A stretch of DNA of 64,000 nt from NCBI GenBank assembly GCA_965216315.1, contig CBDCFN010000016.1, positions 928,001 to 992,000 on the forward strand. The letters run 5' to 3'. The translations under genes were made by a program, and so were the position numbers. The notes beneath the pieces were generated by a model. The model made no database searches and had not been told where the DNA came from. It saw only the letters and a list, made by a program, of their open reading frames with translations. Within the stretch, counting starts at the first letter, position 1. Every line of letters starts with the position of its first letter. The DNA is from a bacterium. Lineage in GTDB: Bacteria > UBA10199 > 2-02-FULL-50-16 > JAJFLM01. Shown here piece by piece: positions 57,753-64,000 of the stretch.

Positions 57753-59009
57753 ATGGCTCAGCTCTTTTTCTATCGTGACGGGCGTGAAGTTCTTCGTTTT
57801 CCACTCAACTCAGATGAGGTCCGACTCGGGCGTCATTCCGACAATGACATCAGCTTACCCGATCCCGAGATCAGTCGTTTTCACGCACGTGTTTTTAAAG
57901 AGAATGGGACCTATTGTTTGGAAAATCTGAGTCGAGTCGGTACGTCGATGTCGGGTAAAAACATTGACCTAGTGAAACTTAGCGATCAGGACGTTTTTGA
58001 TTTAGGCGCTTGGCGCATTCTTTTTGAGATGAGCTGCGCTTCTGACGAGGCGGAGACGGCGATCTACTCAGGGAGCAACGGGAAGAAAAAACTTCCCCAG
58101 TTTTGTGGAATTATTGGAAAGAGCCCGTTGATGCAACAGGTCTTCACCTTGATTGAAAAGGGTTCGGAGTGTGATTTGCCGGTGATGATCCAAGGCGAAA
58201 CCGGAACGGGTAAGGAGTTGGTTGCACAGGCTTTGCATAAACTGTCAGGTCGTAAAGGCAGTTTCGTCGCGCTTAATTGTGGGGCGATATCACCCAATCT
58301 CATTGAAAGTGAGTTGTTCGGTCATGAAAGAGGAGCCTTTACCGGGGCGGTGCAGCAGCATCGCGGGGCCTTTGAGCAAGCACGCGGCGGGACGCTTTTT
58401 TTAGATGAAATAGGTGAGTTGCCATTAGAGCTCCAGCCCAAGCTGTTGCGCGTCTTGGAAGAAGGTACGTTTAAGCGCGTTGGGGGTGTTGCTGAGATGC
58501 ATGCGGATGTTCGTATTGTCGGGGCGACACATCGCGATCTCCATGAAGAGATCGGAGCGGGGCGCTTTAGAGAAGACCTTTTTTACCGGCTCATGGGACT
58601 TCCGATTCAATTACCGGCCTTGCGGGAGCGTTCTGAAGATATTCCCATTCTGGCACGCTACTTTGTTCAGACAGCCTCACCGACAAAACTCCAAAAGGAT
58701 GTTTCAGCCGCGGCATTAAAGAGGTTATCTGAGCATCCATGGCGGGGTAATGTGCGGGAACTTAAAAATGTCTTAGCTCGGAGTCTATTGCTCAGTTCGG
58801 ACGCTGTCTTGACTGAAGCCGAATTAATTTTTTTAGAAATGCCGGCGGATGCCGATGATACGACACTTGAGAGCCTTGAAAAGGATGCTATTTTGACTGC
58901 CCTTAAGTTGACGGATGGAAATAGAAAACGTGCTGCTGAGCGCTTAGGGATCGCCAAGTCGACTTTATTTCGTAAGCTTAAAGAATATGGTCTTGATGAT
59001 GAGGCTTAG
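57753..59009 (+). CDS. FHA-domain sigma54-dependent enhancer-binding protein
   Basis: FHA (LGRH..NDI...ISRFHA), GETGTGKE, GAFTGA, FLDEIGE, WRGNVREL, Fis HTH. Confidence 0.93.
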   Translation: MAQLFFYRDGREVLRFPLNSDEVRLGRHSDNDISLPDPEISRFHARVFKENGTYCLENLSRVGTSMSGKNIDLVKLSDQDVFDLGAWRILFEMSCASDEAETAIYSGSNGKKKLPQFCGIIGKSPLMQQVFTLIEKGSECDLPVMIQGETGTGKELVAQALHKLSGRKGSFVALNCGAISPNLIESELFGHERGAFTGAVQQHRGAFEQARGGTLFLDEIGELPLELQPKLLRVLEEGTFKRVGGVAEMHADVRIVGATHRDLHEEIGAGRFREDLFYRLMGLPIQLPALRERSEDIPILARYFVQTASPTKLQKDVSAAALKRLSEHPWRGNVRELKNVLARSLLLSSDAVLTEAELIFLEMPADADDTTLESLEKDAILTALKLTDGNRKRAAERLGIAKSTLFRKLKEYGLDDEA

Positions 59010-59476
59010 AGCTCTTTAATTGAGTCGGGGGTAATCAACCACTGGAGTCGAGCCGATCCCGGTTCAAACTGATCTAAAATTAAATGCGCCGCAGCGCCGC
59101 GGGCCATGACGATTTCTTTGACTGGAGTTCCCCAGACCAGGGTTCCCAGGAGTAAGCCTAGATTAGGGAGATGACCGACAAGTGCGCAGTCTTGTCCTTC
59201 AAAGGCTTGGAGTGCCGCGAGTACCTCCGTTGGGCGGGCGGTGGGGAGCAACCATTCCTGAATGGATATTGGGGCTAACCAAGCGTCGAATAGTTCCGCT
59301 GTTTGCTGCGCTCTCCGGAGCGGGCTCACAAAAACTTGCTGAGGAGGGGAAACTCGCGCCGTCATGTGTTGAGCGACTTTGCGTACATCATTTATTCCTT
59401 GACTGGTTAGCTGTCGGTCTGCGTCAGGTTTTTCCATTCCTTCACACTCACCATGTCGGATCAAATAGAAGTGCAT
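59006..59476 (-). CDS. sixA: Phosphohistidine phosphatase SixA
   Basis: LIRHG, DRQLT..G, SPLRRAQQTA, VGHLP. Confidence 0.85.
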   Translation of the reverse strand: MHFYLIRHGECEGMEKPDADRQLTSQGINDVRKVAQHMTARVSPPQQVFVSPLRRAQQTAELFDAWLAPISIQEWLLPTARPTEVLAALQAFEGQDCALVGHLPNLGLLLGTLVWGTPVKEIVMARGAAAHLILDQFEPGSARLQWLITPDSIKEL

Positions 59477-59544
59477 GGCTACTTAGTATCATTCTCTTTT
59501 TATTTTGAAAAGCCCAATGATTCTAGGTAGTATAGCCATACTTC

Positions 59545-62061
59545 ATGGGATTGTTATCGAAGTTGCTCGCGCGAGCTGCCGGGTTGTCATCACGACATCC
59601 CTATTGGGTTGTAGGGATTGCCTTGCTGATAACGGGGCTCAGTCTCACGGGGGCATTTCGTCTGCAAGTTGACGTTAGGGCCAGTAGTTTGCTCCCGCAA
59701 GATCTGCCGGCGCTTGAATCCTATCGACAGCAGGTCAAGGATTTCGGTCGCGCCGAGTTTCTCATCGTAATCATCGAGCCGCCGCCGAAGGTGCCGATGC
59801 AGCGTTATCGACGGTTTATTTCAGCGTATAAAAAAGCTCTCCACAATCTCAAGGTCGCTCAGGCAGAACACCTCAACCTGTCAGAGGAACTGCTTGCTAA
59901 TATAGGTGAATACGTTATCCGCCATGGCATTTATTTGTTGAGAGAGGATCAATTACGCGAATTAAGCACATATTTTCAGCCTGATTTTATGCAGGCTCAA
60001 CTTCTTGAGCAGTATAATCAAGAACCGACTTCAATGAGTAGGGGATACTTTGATCCATTGGGGCTTGTGAAAGTGATCGAGCAGTATTTCTTGCCGTCTG
60101 AAAATATCAGGCCTGATGGATCAGGAGAGTACTTTGTAACGCGCGACCACAAACTCGCTTTTTTTATTTTTGGGAGCACAGCGGCTGCGGGCAAAACAGA
60201 ACAGACGGAGCAATTATTGCAAGAGGCTGAAAAATTGTCGCGAGAAATGTGGAAGCAATATAATCCTCATCTCAGCGGGGAATTGGCAACGGCTTTTCCC
60301 CCGCCGCGTATCTCTTGGACAGGGCTTCCCGTGACCTTATTAGAGGACCTTGCGACGCTAAAGTCTGCGGCGTGGCAGTCGAGCTGGCTCAGTTTAGGCG
60401 GCATTATTTTGTTGTTCCTGTGTTTCTTTAGAGGCCTCAAAGCAACCTTTTTAGCCTTTATACCCGTTCTGGTGGGGATCTGTGCCGCTTTCGGCATGGC
60501 AGGTTTTACGCTCGGCTCTCTCAATATTGCGACTGCGGGAATTGGTGCGATACTCATTGGACTTGGAATCGATTTTCCAGCTTATTTGCTTAATGCCTAT
60601 TGGCGGGAACGGCATGCCGGTAGCGGGCACTCGGAGTCGCTTCAAAAGACGTGGAGTGGGACAGGGAGGTCTGTATGTTTTGGAGCGTTTACAACGAGTG
60701 CGGCCTTTCTTATGTTTCTGTTTACACGTTTGGTTGCCTTTCGTGAACTGGGGTTTATTGCCGGATTAGGTCTTTTGTTTGCTTTGTTGGCGGTCATTTT
60801 TTTATTGCCGGCGTTACTTTCTATCTTGACCGCATCACCAAAAGTTGGACAAACGCGTGACCTTTCACGCATTTTCTTCGTAGGACAGGGGAAATATGCC
60901 AAGTTTGTATTCCTGGGAAGCCTGGCGCTTTTTGCCTTTTTTAGCAGTTTTTTGTGGCAATTTCGGCTCGAGATGAATCTCAGCGAGACCCATGCGGCGG
61001 GAACTTCGTCACAACAGGCCTTTCAACGTTTGACCCAAGCGCTTGATAATCCTTTGTATCCGTTTCGTATTATTGTTTCCGGTTCAGATTGGGAAAGTGT
61101 GCTGAGAAGGACCGAGCAACTCGCCATGCTTGCCGGGCAATACAAGGAGCAAGGGAAAATAAGTCACTTTGATAGCCTAGTACATTGGGTTCCGAGTGCC
61201 GAAAAAAGGCGTCAGACAAAGCAGTGGCTATTGACACATGCCGAACTGGACCCTCAGCGTTTCGAAGATAATTACATCAAGGCGCTCCCGAGCGTTCATT
61301 TGCTTAAAGGAACGAAGTATAAAGAGTATATGAAGGCGATTAAAAGAGCGCTCTCATCACGTCAGGAGCCCTATTTGGCCAACTTGAAGCGAGAAGGGAT
61401 GGAGATTTTATTAAGTCGTTATTCAAAGCAAGAAGAATACAGGATTCGACTGGTGAATTATTTGTATCCTGCCACGGAGATGAGTGAGGGGTCAAAGCGA
61501 ATGCAGCTCGTCGACCAGCTGATGAGTGAGAGCCTACTAAAGGAAGGGTGGGCCAGTATACTTTCTGAAGACTTGATATTGAAGGAAATGGCATCATTGA
61601 TTCGCGCGGACCTTGTTAAGATTGCTGCGGCAATGTTGGCTATAATTCTCATCGTTCTTTGGATTTCCTTTCGATCCCTACCATGGGCTTGTGTTGCTAT
61701 GACTCCTATGCTGTTGGGTTTGGGAGCCATGTTAGGTTCGTATACATTGTGTCGGGACTATTTGAGTGGTGTCAATTTGCTTTTTATACCACTCTATGTG
61801 GGTTTAGCGATTGACGATGCGATTCATTTAATAAGTCATATTCGCCAGCCTAACGGCAGTATCCGCGCCGCGCTCGAAAAAACAGGCATGCCGATATTAT
61901 TCACCTCACTGACAACGATGATCGGATTTGGGACCCTGGCAATGAGTCCGTTTCCGATAATGCAACAGGCGGGTCTGCTTGTTGCCTTGGCGATGGGGTG
62001 GGAACTTATCGCTTCATTGCTTTTTTTGCCGGCGCTGGTCAGGCTGTGGCGGCACGATTAA
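59545..62061 (+). CDS. MMPL/RND-family lipid transporter
   Basis: Two repeats with GLGIDF and GLAIDDAIH, about 12 TMs, two large periplasmic loops; TTGAAA-N17-TAGTAT promoter at 59505-59533. Confidence 0.88.
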   Translation: MGLLSKLLARAAGLSSRHPYWVVGIALLITGLSLTGAFRLQVDVRASSLLPQDLPALESYRQQVKDFGRAEFLIVIIEPPPKVPMQRYRRFISAYKKALHNLKVAQAEHLNLSEELLANIGEYVIRHGIYLLREDQLRELSTYFQPDFMQAQLLEQYNQEPTSMSRGYFDPLGLVKVIEQYFLPSENIRPDGSGEYFVTRDHKLAFFIFGSTAAAGKTEQTEQLLQEAEKLSREMWKQYNPHLSGELATAFPPPRISWTGLPVTLLEDLATLKSAAWQSSWLSLGGIILLFLCFFRGLKATFLAFIPVLVGICAAFGMAGFTLGSLNIATAGIGAILIGLGIDFPAYLLNAYWRERHAGSGHSESLQKTWSGTGRSVCFGAFTTSAAFLMFLFTRLVAFRELGFIAGLGLLFALLAVIFLLPALLSILTASPKVGQTRDLSRIFFVGQGKYAKFVFLGSLALFAFFSSFLWQFRLEMNLSETHAAGTSSQQAFQRLTQALDNPLYPFRIIVSGSDWESVLRRTEQLAMLAGQYKEQGKISHFDSLVHWVPSAEKRRQTKQWLLTHAELDPQRFEDNYIKALPSVHLLKGTKYKEYMKAIKRALSSRQEPYLANLKREGMEILLSRYSKQEEYRIRLVNYLYPATEMSEGSKRMQLVDQLMSESLLKEGWASILSEDLILKEMASLIRADLVKIAAAMLAIILIVLWISFRSLPWACVAMTPMLLGLGAMLGSYTLCRDYLSGVNLLFIPLYVGLAIDDAIHLISHIRQPNGSIRAALEKTGMPILFTSLTTMIGFGTLAMSPFPIMQQAGLLVALAMGWELIASLLFLPALVRLWRHD

Positions 62062-62433
62062 GTCAGGATAAACTTCTAGAGTCGATTTCATCAGAAAATC
62101 ACGCCGGTAAAGATCATTGTCGATCACTTTTTCATTCCAAATGATAATATCAAGGTCAACAGTACGTGGGGCATAGCGGTTATCCGTATGGTTGCGCCCT
62201 AGTAAGGATTCAATCTCTTTGAGCTCTGCTTTTAATGCGGGGAGTGAAAGGCTGGTCTGGATTAGGAATACGCCATTAATGAAATCAGGTTGGTTAATGT
62301 CTCCAATCGGCTCGGTCTTAATGAATTGCGACTCTTTGAGCAGGGAATAGCGTTCACGGAGCAAGAGGCGTGCTTTGTCCAAATGTTTCATCGGCTCAAT
62401 GTTAGAACCAAAACCTACGACGGCTTTATTCAT
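62014..62433 (-). CDS. folK: 2-amino-4-hydroxy-6-hydroxymethyldihydropteridine pyrophosphokinase
   Basis: GFGSNI, TEP, QPDFIN, IE..LGR, PRTVDLDI. Confidence 0.93.
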   Translation of the reverse strand: MNKAVVGFGSNIEPMKHLDKARLLLRERYSLLKESQFIKTEPIGDINQPDFINGVFLIQTSLSLPALKAELKEIESLLGRNHTDNRYAPRTVDLDIIIWNEKVIDNDLYRRDFLMKSTLEVYPDLIVPPQPDQRRQKKQ

Positions 62434-62783
62434 GATTGGCGCGTGGCGGAGCAGGAGACTGAAACGGACTCAGAAAATCGAAGTGCCTGTGGTTTATCGA
62501 CTTCGACCTCCGCCCATTCAACGAGTGGGTGATCCATGATTAGCTGCAGAATAGCATTGGATAGCTTTTCAATAAGAAAATACTGTGAAGTCTCGACGAG
62601 GTGAATAATACGTTTGGTGACCGTTTTATAATCAAACGTCTCTTTAATATCATCAGTCTCAGCGGCCCTTTGCCCATCAAATTTTATCTGTGCATTAATC
62701 AGTATCTCTTGTTTGTTCTGACGTTCCCAGTCAAAAACGCCGATAATCGTGCGGAGACGTAGGTTTTTTATGCGTATAGTCAT
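62430..62783 (-). CDS. folB: Dihydroneopterin aldolase/epimerase (FolB/FolX family)
   Basis: IIGVFDWER...Q, DY, LIE, KPQA; ATGA overlap with folK. Confidence 0.85.
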   Translation of the reverse strand: MTIRIKNLRLRTIIGVFDWERQNKQEILINAQIKFDGQRAAETDDIKETFDYKTVTKRIIHLVETSQYFLIEKLSNAILQLIMDHPLVEWAEVEVDKPQALRFSESVSVSCSATRQS

Positions 62784-62928
62784 GATGAGTGAAAGATTTG
62801 CTTAAATAATGAGTTCAGACAAGAAAAAATGATCCGGGATTGCAAGGTTCCATTGAAATTATTAGTGTTTCCAGGCTTTCCAAGTTGGTAAAAATCACAT
62901 AGAATCACGGACCAAAGGTTGAACTGAC

Positions 62929-63312
62929 GTGGTTGATGCGATTAGTAACGGAATTCGAGTTCAAGTGCAGAGCGAATATCGTGAGGAGGGTTCATCTCCG
63001 GAAGACGGTGTTTATATTTTTTCTTATAAGGTGACGATCAGTAATCACAGTGATCGAGACGTTCAATTAATGACGCGGCACTGGATTATTACCGACGCGG
63101 ATGGAAAAAAAGAAGAAGTTCGCGGGCCTGGTGTTGTAGGCATCCAACCAGTTATCGAACCGGGACACGCTTTTTCATATTCGAGTTTTTGCCCCTTAAA
63201 AACGCCTGTCGGCTCAATGCATGGAACCTATCAAATGGTGACGCGAGAGGGGAATGATTTTGAAGCGGTGATTGCCCCGTTTACCTTAGCAGTTCCCGGA
63301 ACTCTGCAGTAA
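62929..63312 (+). CDS. apaG: ApaG protein
   Basis: QLMTRHWIITD, VRGPGVVG.QP, F.YSS.CPL.TP.GSM.G. Confidence 0.95.
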   Translation: MVDAISNGIRVQVQSEYREEGSSPEDGVYIFSYKVTISNHSDRDVQLMTRHWIITDADGKKEEVRGPGVVGIQPVIEPGHAFSYSSFCPLKTPVGSMHGTYQMVTREGNDFEAVIAPFTLAVPGTLQ

Positions 63313-63973
63313 GCAGGTCCAGGTGGTCCGTATGGGTCCGCGTTTCGGGGTGTTCATCTCCCGCGATTCTTTCCTTAAATTCACGCATTCTGGCCTCGGC
63401 TTCACTGGCCTGTCCGTTGTGGCTTAAGGCTGTCGCGAGTAAGAGATGGGTGGCGGGGAAAAATCGATCGCTGACGCTATCCAGATAAACACTCAGGCTG
63501 AGGCTGTTAATGGCTGCGGGCCAATTGTTGAGGTGCATATAGCTAATGCCTAATTCAGCTTGAGGAAGGCTGTTGTCCCCCATATTGCGGCTGGCTTGTT
63601 TGAGTGCCTGAATAGAAAGATGTATTCTTTGTTGGCTACGCCAGAGTATGCCTAATTGAGTCCACACATACGAATGCGGTCGTTGCCATAAGGACCAACG
63701 TAAGAAATTTTCGGCTTCATCGGTATGGCCCAGGGCGCTGAGCGCGAGTGCCAGCTTGGTTGTCTGTCCGGGTTGGGGCCCGTCCTCTATGGAGGTTGAG
63801 TGTTCTGCGGCGCGGACAAAGTTGGCGATGGAAGTCGCATGATCTCCTGCACCGGCATCGGCATGAGCCATGCGAAACAGTGTGCTCGGATTGTCGGTTG
63901 CGAGGCAGGGTTTTCCGCCGGTTTCACGGAGCAGCGGCTTCAGCTTTTTGATGTCACTCCACAGCGTTGCCAT
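63281..63973 (-). CDS. Orphan tetratricopeptide-repeat protein
   Basis: TPR-like repeats (LALALSALG...EA, WTQLGILW, ELGISY, LATALSHNG...EA). Confidence 0.65.
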   Translation of the reverse strand: MATLWSDIKKLKPLLRETGGKPCLATDNPSTLFRMAHADAGAGDHATSIANFVRAAEHSTSIEDGPQPGQTTKLALALSALGHTDEAENFLRWSLWQRPHSYVWTQLGILWRSQQRIHLSIQALKQASRNMGDNSLPQAELGISYMHLNNWPAAINSLSLSVYLDSVSDRFFPATHLLLATALSHNGQASEAEARMREFKERIAGDEHPETRTHTDHLDLLTAEFRELLR

Positions 63974-64000
63974 ATTTTCCGGATAAAGAACGTCGACGCG

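Overview
Chromosomal, mostly housekeeping-type window from a diderm bacterium of roughly 50% GC. Gene content (gspC-N with a PilM-like GspL, an FHA-sigma54 activator, alternative complex III) suggests a deltaproteobacterial-type lineage such as Myxococcota or Bdellovibrionota relatives; this is inference. Contents, left to right: the 3' part of a NarK nitrate/nitrite transporter running directly into actABCDEF (alternative complex III) and a hemerythrin gene, with no terminal oxidase, facing a Crp/Fnr pair; methyltransferases, fatty-acid genes (fadD-like, fadE) and orphan TPR genes; a DAHP synthase and an MscS channel; a partial methionine-salvage cluster with eukaryote-like MtnB/MtnD; the N-end-rule cluster aat-clpS-clpA, where clpA appears to start at CTG; dacB, a GGQ rescue factor, infA, and tRNA-Leu/tRNA-Thr separated by 1 nt; a sigma54-driven porin; an IPCT/DIPPS-like enzyme paired with a radical SAM gene; a candidate orphan sRNA; a response regulator, rpoZ and a histidine kinase; a type II secretion operon gspC-N; an FHA-sigma54 activator, sixA, an MMPL transporter, folK, folB and apaG. 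I saw no mobile element, prophage or CRISPR array. Best candidates for an undescribed system: (1) the nitrate-linked, oxidase-less ACIII module with an FS0-retaining ActB and an FNR-box regulon; (2) the IPCT/DIPPS plus radical SAM pair; (3) a shared alternative-sigma promoter motif in front of orphan genes. All family calls come from motif recognition by eye; no database searches were run.
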